Shown in pieces: positions 26,436 to 42,122 of a stretch of 64,000 nt of DNA; position 1 is the first letter of the stretch, and each line of letters starts with the position of its first letter. Source of the stretch: Octopus vulgaris (taxonomy: Eukaryota); assembly GCA_951406725.2 (NCBI GenBank), contig OX597820.1, forward strand, positions 39,308,001 through 39,372,000. Reading direction: 5' to 3'. The notes under the pieces were generated by a model. That model worked only from the letters and a program-made list of their open reading frames with translations, made no database searches and had not been told where the DNA came from. The translations under genes were made by a program, and so were the position numbers.

Positions 26436-28894
26436 CAGCGATTCTTATATTTCTTAATTGAAAAAAAAATGATTTCTTCAAAACATAGATATATAATTTA
26501 TTAGTGCGCAAAATTAACCATGCATCAGTTTCACATAAAATCACTGTGTTCAGAGAACAAAACCAACAAAACATGAATTTCACTCAAAAACATAACTCAA
26601 TGAATATTTACTGCAAATAAACGTGACTTTTGCTGTTGTCTTTCAAATGCAAGTTTAGAAATGCGCGGCTTCACCAGGGCAAGTGCCACTCTCATATGTT
26701 TGCAGCAAAATCTGTTCCTTTTCTTAGTTTTCATGTCAACCATCCTCGAAAAGGATTGTTCACAAAGATACGTTGTAAGAAACGGTGTATCTCAAGATCT
26801 TTCTTGGCAAGAAGAGGGTATGTTATGATTTGGTGACACCGAAAGGTTGAGAGCGTTATTGTTCTAAAGAAGCTGGCTCTGCTGAAGTTCAATGATTTTG
26901 TCATGTTATAACAACGCTAAATGTGAACGACTGTCTCACCCATGCTGGATATAACTTTCTGGTGTGGAAGTATCTGTCGAGAGACTTTGCGATCTCACCT
27001 AAGTGCATGGTAATTGCTTGCTTCAGCTCCCCAGGTACGGAAATGTCTCCAATTCCAGACTCGTCTTCGATCTTACTGACACAGTCGTCCTGCAAGGGAA
27101 AGTTTGCAAAGTCACTATCCTCTGTTCGTTGTTTTCATAAAGGTAGCTTTTTGTAAACGCCTTTGGGTTTTATTCTGCTTCAATGATGTTGACTCGACCA
27201 CCCTGCATCTGTCGATTGAGAAAATATTGGCCATGTACACCAAAATGAGAATGAACTTTGAATTTTCGAAGCAATATGCGTTACAATGTTGGTACTTTTG
27301 CAAAAACAGCGCTAATTCCACACGCATGGCAAAAATACGACTCACTACCTTTTCCCTGGATAACCACTGAACGTTAGAATCGTACAGAAATACCTCGAAT
27401 TCAGAACCGATTTCATTACACAGGTCTTTGAAGATGCAGTGCTTCATAATACTACTTCGCACGTAGTTCACATATTCAACTACAATTTTTAATACTTCTG
27501 CCAGTTTTGGAGGCAAGGTTCGTGTTACCAACGCATGCCTGTGTAGAACACAGTGCGTAACAATGATGTGTGGTGCATCGGATTTCACCAGCGCTCCAAA
27601 ACCGAAGTGTCGTCCCAGCATAACTGGAGCGCCGTCCGAACAAATTGCAGAAACTATATTCCATGAAAGCTAGTTGTCATCAACGAGCTTCTTCATATCG
27701 GCTGCCTTGGTTATTGTTGCAAGAGGCTTACAAAATAAAATATCTTCCTTTATGTCGTCTTTTACATAGTGAGCCACTACAACAAGCTGGCTTATATTAG
27801 AAACGTCAGCGGTCTTGTCGAGTTGGAGGTTGAATTTTGTTGGGCTTGAAATCAGATCTGCAACTACTTGAACCAAGATGTCATCGCCCATGTCGTATAT
27901 TCTGCTGCTGATAGTGCCATTTGAAAGAAGAATTTTGGATAACTTATCTTCAGTAGCTTTTCCCAGTATGATATTCGCCATCTTCAACGCAGCTGATTTT
28001 ACGAGTGTTTAACCAATGGTGTGTGGTTTGCTCTGCTTTGCGAGCAGGTACACAACTTCGTACGATGCTGTGGGGATCGGTTTGTCGATGGATACAAAGC
28101 CAAGAACAGGCAGATTATCCTTTTCATCGAATCTGGCTCTCTTCACCTTGAATTCAGCAAGCGTTGTGTTCCTGTATTTCCCATCTCCATGCAGCTTTAG
28201 GAAGTATTCCCTTAGTTTTGCCAGTGCTAGACTAGAATTGCTCAACTTGGCATTGCAAATCATGCTTTGAGGACGCTGACTCCCATCACGTTCCTTTATA
28301 CACATGAATTCATATCGTACGTATTCGTCCAACTACTTTCTTTTTTTGATCAACATAGTATAAAGGGTTTGAAAGATTAAAAGAAAATCACAAATGACGT
28401 ACAGTCACAACAACCAAAAGTCAGCTACTGAGCGCACCAGGCCAGATATCAAAACCAATCGATGTGGCGTGATCAGCAGCAACTAATGATGGCCAAGCGG
28501 AGCGTGACGTCATGAATAATACGAGTGAGCTGAACGGAACGGGGACACACACATAAGTCTGGGCCAATTTTTGCTTTGTTCAAAGCGCTTAAAATTTTTT
28601 ATTTATTTATTTATAAATTGATATTTTGAAATTAAATTTCATATTGTTATCGTAGTTCATCTTCTAATAAGCCAGTTTATCATGGAAATTTATTTCGTGT
28701 TACAAATTTTTACTAAGCAACTAAATATTTATAATCTAACACGGCGAAGAAAAATTGTGTGTTGCCAAATTGTTGGCAGACGATTTTGCTCATGTGAACC
28801 GGGCTATATTGTGTGTGTCTTGACCCCTGAGGAACCCCTAAGACTGACTCAACGAAATCCTAGCGTTCGATTGAACCCATATTGAGAACCACTG
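26436..28894 (-). mobile_element. hAT (Buster/Charlie-like) DNA transposon, decayed transposase
   Basis: ORF fragments YVRYEF..RPQSMICNAKLSNSSL..KL, KPHTIG, FNLQLDKTADVS, THCVLHRHAL; ends cagcgattctta / ttgagaaccactg; imperfect 8-bp TSD aagtagag/aatgagag. Confidence 0.9.
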
Positions 28895-29061
28895 AATGAG
28901 AGGATCCTACTATGAAAGAGAATAGAGTTTTTTAAAGTCTGACATTTCCTTCGAAGTTTCGGCTATATAGATTTCAATGAAATACCCGATGAAGACTATA
29001 TTGCCGAAACATCGCGCGAGTTGTTAACATATTTTTGCAAAATTTCACTTTATATATTATT

Positions 29062-29452
29062 CGTTTACTCTTTTACTTGTTTCAGTCATTTGACTGCGGC
29101 CATGCTGGAGCACCGCCTTTAATCGAGCAACTTGACCCCGGGACTTATTCTTTTGTAAGCCCAGTACTTATTCTATCGGTCTCTTTTGCCGAACCGCTAA
29201 GTAACGGGGACATAAACACACCAGCATCGGTTGTCAAGCAATGCTAGGGGGCCAAACACAGACACACAAACACACACACGCATATATATATATATACATA
29301 TATACGACGGGCTTCTTTCAGTTTCCGTCTACCAAATCCACTCACAAGGCTTTGGTCGGCCCGAGGCTATAGTAGAAGACACTTACCCAAGATGCCACGC
29401 AGTGCGACTGAACCCGCTAAACAAGCTACTTACCACACAGCCACTCCTGCGC
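29062..29452 (-). mobile_element. SINE family A, well preserved
   Basis: Reverse complement begins ggcgcaggagtggctgtgtggtaagtagcttg and matches 1978-2366. Confidence 0.88.
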
Positions 29453-29577
29453 CTAGAGTACCTCCTGTTACTCTACAAAAAACAAAATATGTAACAATCC
29501 GTCAATTTAATGTTTGTTTTTATATATACTTAAATGCAGGATAATATTACTACGCGCGCGCACACACGCTCACACAC

Positions 29578-29634
<57 letters not shown>

Positions 29635-29673
29635 GAAATTATTGTAAAATTGTTTTTATTATAAATGAACATG

Positions 29674-29870
29674 AGGCGGCGAGCTGGTAGAATCGTTAGC
29701 ACGCCGGGCAAAATGTTTTGCGGCATATCACCCGTCTTTTCTGAGTTCAATTTCTGCCGAGGTCGACTATATCTTTCGTCCTTTTGGGGTCAATAAAATA
29801 AATACCAGATGAGCACTGGGATCAATGTAATCAACTTACCACCTTTCCCTTGTGCCGAAATTTGGAACCA
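29674..29870 (+). mobile_element. SINE family B
   Basis: aggcggcgagctggtagaatcgttagcacgccgg...gaggtcgac. Confidence 0.8.
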
Positions 29871-29900
29871 TTATAAATAAATATAAAGAGAAGCATTACA

Positions 29901-29953
<53 letters not shown>

Positions 29954-31896
29954 TGTAATTACGAATTAAAAGCAGCCCTAATATTGTAACCATTATCAAT
30001 CGCACTACCGATATTTTGCCATTATTGTGGTTTATCAATACCACACATTTGGATCATTCCGAAGCGAATTCAATCCCTGGTCTATGACTTATATGCAAAT
30101 AGACTGAAAGCTGTTTGCTGATATGTTATGGCGTGCTACATGTGGAAGTAAATCAAATTATGTATTAAAAGCAGCTCTTGTCATGTAAACATTATCGATG
30201 GCATACACAGAGTGATCGTGTTTTGTTTATACGCCGAATTTGCTGCGAAATAGCGTCTGGAAAGGCTCTTTGCATAACACTGCATATTAAAGGGCACCTG
30301 AATATCATATATCAGGCAATATAACTCGCCTCGAAATGAATTCAAGTGTGATAGATAACCGATATTTTGCCGTTATTGCAGCTTAACATTGTGCTTTGTG
30401 TCGGGAGCCTTTCTAGACTCTATCCCACTGCAAATTCGGCGTTTGCAGTTTACCGAACCGTTCTAAGTTTAAATCATTTATTTGCGTGATCGAGCAAATT
30501 GTTTTTACTTAAATATTACTTCCGATTCTTAGAGAGATTAATTATAGCCATCCTTGATATCTATTCGAACTGGTTAATAATTTACGTCTTTAGTGATTAA
30601 GGAAATTGTTTTGGGCATTTTCACAGTGCAGCTCACTTTTGTTCTATTTTCAGTATTTTAAATTGGGGTGGTCAGTATTGCTTTCCGAGGTTTATGAAAC
30701 TTAAGAGAGGATGTGAAGAAATTATCCTCCTTTGCTGATCTGGCCATCACACCAAATCTCCTGAAATATATCCTATCGGCCAGTTGGTGATGTTCACCCA
30801 GGCAACGGATTAAGGTTTCCAACTAAGAGCACGAACGGTCTCTCTGATAGGAATTCAGCATGCTTCCACAAAATCAAATTCCATTTGTAAACATTTGGAC
30901 GCTCATACGGTAGAAGATAACAGTCTGAATGAAATTGAATCCATAAACTCGTAGTTACGAAACCAACATCTTAACCATTTAACCACACGGAAGCGTAACT
31001 GAATCTGTGAAAAAAGTGCGTTTATGAAATAAACTTACTAACTGTACTACAATGTGTGGCGAAATACGAACGTTTGTTCGTATTGAACATTCGATAGTTC
31101 CCCACCCACCTGTACTTGAACATTCGATAGTTCCACGCCCAACTGTTGTCTGACTAATTAAAGAATAAGTTAGAAAAATTGCAAACAAAACGAAACAAGA
31201 CGAGTTGTTAATTCTTCTGATAAAAGCATATTACATTGTTGAATATTTAAGGCATTCAAACGGTTAATGTGGACTAGCAAAGATTATATTTAATGCTGCA
31301 TTTGTACAACAATGGAAAAATAAAAAGTTTCCAAACAATTCAAAAAGTACATATCTAAATATTTTATCATCTCACATCTTTAAATTCTCTTTATAAAAAT
31401 TCAATTCTTTATGAATTTGTATTTTTTCGTACTTTTCATCCTTAACATTCTACACACCCTAATCTTTCGACGTCTTTATATATTCACATAAAGCACACTC
31501 TTTAATGCTTTTTTCTTCTTAATGTTTGATGTATAATCTTTATTTTATTTTGTTCTTCCTATATTCCTTTTCTTTCTTTCTTTCTTACATTCAATCATCT
31601 CTTTTCAATCTTTTTTCAGTCAATTTTCTATTGCATGCATTGTTTTTATATCTCTTTACAAAGGATACTTTCTCTTTACCATTATTTACCCTTTAATAAC
31701 AAAAGTAATTTAAGTGAAAAACATTTTTATGGTACACACTCAAAGACACACACACAAAACTCTCACACACACAGGCACACACTCACACACATGCACAAAC
31801 ACTCTCAGACATTCGCTCTTTCCCTTACACACACTCATTGAGCTACAAGAACATAAATATAATACATATTTGTATATGTGTGTGATGTGGTGTGTG

Positions 31897-31932
<36 letters not shown>

Positions 31933-32281
31933 CTGTGTGCGTGCGCGCCCCGGCGCGTGCGTATTAAGAGATTAAGAGAGAAAGAGACAGAAAGACAAAA
32001 TGTGTGTGTTGTTGTTTGTATTCTGTATGTCTTTATATTGAGAAAATATTTGTGTGAGTGTATATATATATATATATATACATATACATTTACACACACA
32101 TATATATATATACACACACATACATGCATACATATATATATACACACACATGCATGCATACATATATATATACGCATACACACACATATATGCATATATA
32201 TATACATATATTACATATATATATACATATATATATATATATACTTAAATACAAGTGTGCGTACATATGTGAGAACAGTTG

Positions 32282-33099
<818 letters not shown>

Positions 33100-33562
33100 G
33101 TATTTCCTGTGAGATGAAACTATTGGTTGGGCTCGGTAACGTTGATGATCAGGCATTCAGCTTCGATAGAAACGATGATGATGATGATAATGATGATGAT
33201 GTAAATGATGATGATGATGTAAGTGATAATAAGCAAATGATGATAAACACAATGGAATTATTGATGAGGAGACAACTCTTGTAATACTGATTTGCGTGTT
33301 TGACAAAGAATATAATATAAGTATGACAATATTATAAATAATGTTTGCATTTTGAATGAACGAGCCGTCTTCGCGATAATGCATTCTGTTTCCTGAGGAA
33401 ATAAGAATTGTTTGTATCGCATCTAACTATGTACGTGTGCAGGTATGTGTCCATGCAAATAGTATTTCATGTATATATGTATAGATATACATACATAGAT
33501 GCATACATAGATACATACATACATGCATAGATATATACATACATTTATATATATATAGATAC

Positions 33563-33618
<56 letters not shown>

Positions 33619-33660
33619 GTATCTATGTATGTATTTATGCATGTATATATATATATATAT

Positions 33661-33875
33661 CGGCGAGCTGGCAGAAACGTTCGCACGCGTAGCCGTATTT
33701 CGTCTGTCGTTACGTTCCGAGTTCAAATTCCGCCGAGGTCGACTTTGCCTTTCATCCTTCCGGGGTCGATAAATTAAGTACCAGTTACGCACTGGGGTTG
33801 ATGTAATCGACTTAATCCATTTGTCTGTCCTTGTTTGTCCCCTCTGTGTTTAGCCCCTTGTGGGTAGTAAAGAAA
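33661..33875 (+). mobile_element. SINE family B
   Basis: Near-identical to 58691-58921. Confidence 0.88.
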
Positions 33876-33895
33876 TATGTATATATATATATAGG

Positions 33896-34005
<110 letters not shown>

Positions 34006-34075
34006 CACCAGTAAATACATAAATGCAAAACAAGGTGGAATAATACTCGAATACCGAAGGTAGAGTAATATGCTA

Positions 34076-34238
34076 TTTTTATTAAAGTTGTAAAAACATC
34101 ACAAAAACTATTAGTCAGAATTTTCCATTCCCGTTCGTCGGACAGTTGTGATCAAGTCTTGATCACAGCTGTCGGACGAATGGGAACGTGAAATTTTGAG
34201 TAACAGTTTTTTGTGATGTTTTTACAGCTTTAATAAAA
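34076..34238. repeat. ~80-bp-arm palindrome of two degenerate HHR-bearing pLTR ends
   Basis: Centre tgtgatcaag-t-cttgatcaca (~34157); right arm ctgt-CGGACGA-atgggaacgt-GAAA-ttttgag-TA-acag. Confidence 0.7.
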
Positions 34239-34310
34239 AAAAGTATATCTATCTATATCCTTTGACTATATTACCTCATCCATTCCTGAAAACAACACCA
34301 AAATTCACTC

Positions 34311-34720
34311 ACTTGTAACTGCCGTCCTGCGGTCATTTGCCTTTTACAAAGCCATTGTAGAAGATATAATGTAATTTATAAATGCACTGTCCTTAACACA
34401 TTTCACAATTCTCCAGTCATATTTATAGGATCAACGATAAATTTTAAACAACGATATGCCGCTCAAATCCATTCTTTTAGATACGATAAACAGTAAATCT
34501 ACAACACTCGCCAGTCACATACATCATCTCAAAAATATTAATATACACTATACTTTGTCATGGTCCATATTAGATTCAGGGCTTCCTTACCATGGTCAGC
34601 GCTCAACATGCAAGTATTGCCTGAAGGAGGCACTCCACATTTTAAAGCACCACCCTTCAATACTACTAAATAAACATAATGAGGCCCTAAGCACAAACTC
34701 CGCAGCTTTTTTCATACCTT
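34311..34720 (+). pseudogene. Penelope-like (Neptune-type) GIY-YIG endonuclease remnant
   Basis: CNCRPAVICLLQSHC...NVIYKC...FIGSTINFKQRY...SF, frameshift, then STTLASHIHHLK...WSIL...CKYCLKE...LLNKHNE. Confidence 0.85.
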
Positions 34721-35266
34721 CAAATTCTACCACAAGTCTAAATGCCTAAATAACCGCACTGTATGTTTCCAGAATACCCCGTAGGTAATCCTCAAAAAAA
34801 ATTATGCATCTCCATTTTAAATTCTAATCCTTATCTAGCTCCCCTATTCTTACTTTAGGATCACAGTCATTTAATTATATATATGTGTGTGTGTCTATGT
34901 ATGTGTGTGTATTTATATACATATACATATATGAACATACAATCGGATACATGCGAATATGTATGAGTATATGTATATATGAGAACATATATATGTATGT
35001 ATATATATATATATGTGTGTGTGTATATATGTGTGTGTATACATATATGAGCATGCAAACGGGTACTTGTGAGTGTGTATGAGTATATGTATAGATATTT
35101 TATATAAGCATGGATTTGTATGTGGGTATATGTAAACATGTATATATATATGTACACATACGTGCCTCTCTGTGTATGTGCGTATATATATACACATACA
35201 TAAGATTATACGCGTGTGTGTGTTTGCATGCAATTAAATATGCGAAGATTTATATATACAAAAATA

Positions 35267-36496
35267 TCAGGTCATCCCATAAGTTCCGTCCGATTTTAAT
35301 ATTATTTTTGATTGTCTAATGGAATTAAAAAGTATTATTATGCACTTGTGTACATTTAAACTAATTAGATATTATTTTACAGAATAACAAAATTAAAATT
35401 TCTTGGATTAAAACCCTTTCTAACGTGGAATTATCCAAAGAGCATTTGAGTACAAAAATGGAAACTCTGCAGCCGAAGCGACTCGAACCATACACTCAGT
35501 TTATGGGGAAGAATGCTTGAATGAAAAAACTTGCAGAAGATGGTTTGCGAAATTCAGAGGTGGAGATTTCAGCCTTGAAGATGAAGTTCGTACAGGACGT
35601 ACCGTTGAATTTGATACTAAGCTCCTTGAGGCATTACTTGAATGAAATCCTGCATTATCAGTTGAAGAATTGGCAATAAAGCTTAGTTCAAACCATACAA
35701 CTGTTCATCGTCATCTTCAACAACTTGTAAAGGTTCTTAAACTTGGAAAATGGATGACTCATGAATTGTCCGAAAGCAGCCGCAAATCCCGAGTTGACAT
35801 CTGTTCTTCTCTCCATTCTCACCAACTCATTTCACCCTTTTTGGATAGACTTGTGATTGGTGACGAAAAATGGATCTTCTATCGAAATGTTAAACGTCGT
35901 AAACAGTGGCTTAGTAAAATGGAAAAGGCTCAACCACAACCGAGAAGGGAACTTTATTGGAAAAACGTTCTTCTGTCTATCTGGTGGGATAGCAAAGGAG
36001 TAATTCACTGTGAATTGTTACCACCTAATGCAACAATCAATGCTATCAGCACTAGCGTTTGAACCAATCTTTGAAGAAAAAAAGTCCCGCTTTAGTCAAT
36101 CGAAAAGGAGTGATGTTTCGTCAGGACAATGCGCGACCCCACACTGCAAAGATCACATTACAGAAGATCGAAGAGCTTGGTTAGGAAAAAAATTCCTCAT
36201 CCACCTTATTCTCCCGACCTTGTTCCTTCAGGCTACTATTTGTTTCGTAGTTTACAGAATCATTTGGGCTCATAACTTTCGTAAGCCAGGAGGAGGTCGA
36301 AACTGACATTTCAGAGTTCTTTGCTTTGAAACCAAAAGAGTTTTACATTGATGGGATTAAAAAGTTTGTAAATAGATGGAAGGAAGTCATAGATAATCAG
36401 TGAAAGTACATTGATGAGTAAATTTCAATCAAATATAACATTTGATCTCTTATTTTCTTTATTCAAAATTCGGACAGAACTTATTGGATGACCTGA
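35267..36496 (+). mobile_element. mariner-family DNA transposon, full length, transposase disrupted
   Basis: TIRs tcaggtcatcccataagttccgtccga / tcggacagaacttattggatgacctga with TA on both sides; WMTHEL, GDEKW, QDNARPH and HPPYSPDL motifs over broken frames. Confidence 0.95.
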
Positions 36497-37351
36497 TAGA
36501 TACGGATGAGTGTGTATATGTGTGAATGTGTATGAACATACATGGGTTTGTATGCGTATGTATGTGTTGAAGTATGTATAAGTCTATATATATGTGTGGG
36601 TACGTATGTGTGTATACATATTCAGAGGTATACATTCTTTATTTTCCTAATTATCACTAACCTATCACACATGTCTATTTATAACAACTTGACTTATATC
36701 CTTCATTCATTATATTCTTCATTCCACCTCAATTTTTACAACCAAAACTAATACCCACTTACACATTACCCTACCCCTACCTTCTCTCTACCTTTTCTAT
36801 ACCCTTCCCTTAATGCAGCTCTATTACACCACCACTGCTCACATACTTCACACTCTTTTACTCCTTACCCTCTCATCTCTTCCCCTCTCTCCTCCTCACC
36901 TATCCCTTCCTATCATTTCATCTTGACCCCTAGCTAACACACCTTTCGTTTCGGTCCCTCTTTCTTCATTTCTTTTTAGTCTCCCTTCCTTTTTCTTTTT
37001 CCTCCCATTCTCTTCCTGTTTTTGATTTGACCTCCTCTTCCTAATGATACACATCTCTCCTCCCTCCATCTATCTATTAATAGTACAAACACATTCCTAA
37101 ATTTTAATTCACACAAAAAAAGCCCCTCGATCTAACAACACTATTTACAAGGCTCTATGCTTGGCGTGACCAAATATAACTGCCATTGGAAGTCACACAC
37201 AAAGTACAGCAAATTTCTTCACCACTTACATACACAATTCTACCTGAATAATGGAACTGCAAATACAATATCCTTATGTATCATTCTCTTACTTCCCTCT
37301 GAATTTCATATCTTCTCTGCAATAATTAATACTCAAACATTTTCTCGCACC

Positions 37352-37399
37352 GTCTCTGATGAAGTGATATATGAAATATCCCAGAAACAGCTGTAAGGC
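37352..37399 (+). ncRNA. Minimal type-I hammerhead ribozyme (putative Penelope pLTR)
   Basis: gtct-CTGATGA-agtgatat atgaa atatccca-GAAA-cagctg-TA^aggc; (TA)n follows ~60 bp downstream. Confidence 0.75.
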
Positions 37400-37460
37400 C
37401 TTTTCTTTATAAATGTTTTGAAAACTATTTACAGCCTTGGATTTTTTAATCTCATTCTCT

Positions 37461-37565
<105 letters not shown>

Positions 37566-37649
37566 TGTATGTATGTATGTATTTCTGTATGTATATATGT
37601 ATGTATGTATGTTTGCATGTATGTATGTATGTATGTATGTACGTATGTA

Positions 37650-37726
<77 letters not shown>

Positions 37727-37749
37727 ACTAATGTGACTCAGAATATACT

Positions 37750-37942
37750 ACACTTTGGGAACTGAAAGAAAGCGGAATCGAATTTAGCCTTAAATTGGAT
37801 ATTATATGGGAAGCGCAGCCTTATACAGATAGTCGGTACGGGTGCGAGCTGTGCTCTATGGAAACTTATGAAATTTCTAAGTAAAGGAACAAGAGCAGCC
37901 TGGTTAATAATAGATTAGACCTAATGGTATCATGCGTACATA
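37750..37942 (+). pseudogene. Penelope-like GIY-YIG C-terminal remnant
   Basis: [22 protein letters not shown]....CELCSMETYEI...LVNNRLDLMVSCVH with one stop. Confidence 0.7.
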
Positions 37943-38052
37943 ATGCCACCCGTACATTTAAATATTTTTGAAATTAGCGTATATAGGTGCTGCACTTGAA
38001 CATAGACAGGAGAAAGTAATTTTAGTGTCGCATATGATGTGAACTTACTCGC

Positions 38053-38108
<56 letters not shown>

Positions 38109-40605
38109 AGAATTCACAAAAAAAAAAAAAAACGAAGACAGGTGGTGTAGACAACAAACAGATGTATTTGTATGTATGTATATATATATATATAATAAGT
38201 TATATATATTTTCTACTATTCTTTATAATTTCTTATTATTGTGTTTTCTTATTTTGATATATTTACTTATTAATCTTTTATGTCTTATAAGTTATTAATG
38301 TTCTTAAAGAGAAATATAAACGTTCTAGTTATTTAATTCAAGGAGAGTTGATTATAACATACCCATAATAAAGTACAAATATTTGTGTATATTTGCACCT
38401 ATGCACATAGTTAAATATGTGTATGAATCTGTACACAACTTATTTTTTCCGAATTTTTCCTTTTTGATTTTTAACTTATAACAAATATAAAGATAACATG
38501 ATTTATCGCTCCAGTATTCCATACGTAAATACCCAGATCAATCTTTATAGAAACCAGCTTATAAGTAAATAATTAAGTACTGTTATGAATATTAAACTAA
38601 TTCTATGTAATCTTTCCTTTTTAAAGTTGAAAATTCCTATATAAACACAGTTTATCTATTCTGGTTATAATATCATTTTTAGTAATCTTAAATTTTATCT
38701 TCATGCAACATAACAATATTATTTATATACAATCATCCTTTGTACCCCATGATAATTTCCTCTATTAACATCATAGGTTTTATTAGAGTCTTGCCCCTTT
38801 CACTGGTAGTTAACATCTTGATTTAGGGTCTTCCCCCACCCAGCCTGCTTTATAGACAGTTACATATACATTTTCTAAATTCTGACAATATTTATGACCA
38901 TACCCAACTATAAACTGTCAACTCAATCTGTCTATCCATTCTAAACAGACACTTTCTTTAAAAATATCTTACTTCAAGCACATCGTTATCCTACTGTTCA
39001 TAAGGTATCTTGTAGTTGTATCTTGATTTAACTTCTTGGAGGAATTTGTTGCATCTATCGCAGTTTATTATTTGTGTCAATGTTGTTCCCACTGTCTATC
39101 TTGCGGTAAATATAGCCAAAGCATTCAGTTGCTAAAATGAGAGTTACCATTAAGTTTCTGTTTACGAAGACTAACCTAGTAACTTAACGATCAAATGGAA
39201 CAGCTGCAAACTCATGTTACTTACTCAAGGGTTGTTGACCACGCTCAAGATGATAGCATTTTCATTGTTGAGTATATAACTAATGCATTCACTTCTTCAT
39301 TTACTGCTCAGTATATATTATAATATATATATATATATATTTGAAGAGAGGTGAGTCTATATTAGTGCATGTACGTGTGTGAATGTGTATGTGTGTATGT
39401 TTGTGTAAGTGTGTACGTATGTGTGCGCGCGTGTACTGTAAGGATTGTAAAAATCTAATAAAAGTATATGTTGCCTAGTTTTAACAATAAGTTATATATA
39501 ATGGAGAAAGCAACAAATTGGTTAAAGTGGACAAATATATTCATTTTATGAAAAGTTTGTAATCAGCTTTGTGTTTCACACAGATGTGATCTTCAGGTGA
39601 GAACAAATTCACGCACACACATACATACACGCGTGCGTGCAGACACACACTTATATATGTATATTGTATATGCATGCGTTTTTGTGTCGTGTTTATGTAT
39701 ATGTGTGTGAAAAGACGTTCTAGTCACCTAATATAACACCAAGGTGTTAAGTTAACATATATTTAAGTTTATTCTATGAGATGTCAATTCTTTCACTGGA
39801 ACTGTATCAGTGATGGAACATAGCTGGGTTTTGCGATGAAAATTCATGAAATAAATTTGAATTTAAAGTGACTTTAACAGCTTTGTGTAACATTAACGGC
39901 TAGGGTGGACCTCACTTAAGTCATTTGCTAGACAACTTCAACGAAGATATGTGTGTGTATATGTGTGTGTGTGCGTGTGTGAGCATGTGTGAAAGCATGT
40001 ATGCATCTACATACATATTTGTATATATATTCATAAATATATGCATGTACTTCTACATAAATATATACATAGGTATATACACACACGTACACACATATAT
40101 AAACATACTCTTGTATACACATATGTGTGTGTATGTAAATGAAGTGCAAATGGCCTAAGAGAAATAACTCAGCGTGTCATGGGGCTTGTATTTGAAGAAC
40201 AATGGAATATAAGGAGTGTAAGGGTTTGCTTTATTGAAATTATGTCAGCTTGCAGAGCAGACTAATAGCTACGTGGCACTTAATACCAAAGCCAAAACAT
40301 AAGAGGAGACAATATCATGAATCAAGAAATCTCTAAAATTGGCGCCATTTAGAAAAAGATAATCTAATTGACTGAAGACAAAAGGAAATCACCTTCCACG
40401 TGTTTCTGTCATAGTTGATGTCTCCATCAGTAATTGTTCAGCCACCAAAAATCTTAGATGTATAGAAAAACTGACTAGAACACATTTATGAACAAGGTAA
40501 TTTGCATAATGAAACGAAAATGAACTAATTAAAAACTTTAGAGTGGCTAGTGGTAAGCATTTCAACAGTAAAAACGAATAAATCTTGAAACAAAATAGCG
40601 TAATC

Positions 40606-40900
40606 GAAAAGAAACATTACGTCGGTTTATGCGAAGGCAGTTTTCAAAACCGTTATGCAAACCACCAGTCTTCTTTCCGATATGTCAAGAAAAAAAGCCA
40701 TTAAGTTGGCTAGCCATATACAGAATCTGGTGACCAACTGTATACAACATGTAATCAAGAGGAGCATCGTGAAGAAACCTAAGCCATATGTAATTGAATC
40801 AAATAGATGCAAGTTATGCATAGCTGAAAGATCGCACGTTCTTCTTATATTCAAGAATTCCAGATCTGAAAGTTTTAGCAAACGCAAGATATACAAATTC
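40606..40900 (+). pseudogene. Penelope-like GIY-YIG remnant
   Basis: KHYVGLCEGSFQNRYANHQSSF, frameshift, KLASHI...KPY...NRCKLCIAE. Confidence 0.8.
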
Positions 40901-41135
40901 TTTTTATCAAACTAGCGGATACCACCCACCCCGAACTACGCTGCTGTTTCACAGATTTTGGCCTCCTCTCCGTTGAATTATTCTACATAGATAGATAAAT
41001 TATAATTTCTACGGATAAAGGGGACCAAACTCTTCGTTTGCTTACCTTTTTATTTTCTTCTCCACCTTCAACTTATATATATATATATAAAAGTTGAGTT
41101 GTGGGGTATCGCACGAGTGGAATTATATACGAAAG

Positions 41136-42122
41136 AAGGTTTGAAAATGCAATATAAAAGATGTTTATTTACTTAACCGGTTTCACTCTTTGGTAAAAGA
41201 TTGTCAAAAGTAACATTGAATAATATGGGTTCAAAAAAGTTTTTTACATAATTGTCACATTGAATATTATGAATTCAAAAATGTTTTTTTATACATAATT
41301 GTCACATTACATGTATAAATATAGTGTTTGGTAACAGAGAAGTTCAATAGTGTGATGAGAATATTTGGAAAAATTGGCAGAAAAGAATAAAACAAATATA
41401 TTATTGGAAATTTGGTTGCGTTAATTATTGGTTGTCGCAAATTGTCACATTACATGTATATATATACAGTCTTTGGTAGAAAGGACATGTTAAAGACATA
41501 AGGAAGTGCAATAGTTTGGTGAGAAAATTTGTGATATTTACAGAAAAAATGGATATTTTATACATCTCAGAATATTTTGAGTTGAAGGCGAGAATTTGTT
41601 TTTACTGACCTGTTGGCTTTAGCAGAAAACGTTTCTGCTAAAGCCAACAGGTCAGTAAAAACAAATTCTCGCCTTCAACTCAAAATATTCTGAGATGTAT
41701 AAAATATCCATTTTTTCTGTAAATATTACAAATTTTCTCACCAAACTATTGCACTTCCTTATGTCTTTAACATGTCCTTTCTACCAAAGACTGTATATAT
41801 ATACATGTAATGTGACAATTTGCGACAACCAATAATTAACGCAACCAAATTTCCAATAATATATTTGTTTTATTCTTTTCTGCCAATTTTTCCAAATATT
41901 CTCATCACACTATTGAACTTCTCTGTTACCAAACACTATATTTATACATGTAATGTGACAATTATGTATAAAAAAACATTTTTGAATTCATAATATTCAA
42001 TGTGACAATTATGTAAAAAACTTTTTTGAACCCATATTATTCAATGTTACTTTTGACAATCTTTTACCAAAGAGTGAAACCGGTTAAGTAAATAAACATC
42101 TTTTAAATTGCATTTTCAAACC

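Noticed and set aside
38480-39120. Possible decayed LINE coding sequence on the minus strand
   Set aside because: Too many stops; only a weak DLGI motif
39575-39600. Minus-strand CTGAAGA...GAAA motif
   Set aside because: Stem II is plausible but stem III and stem I partners were not found
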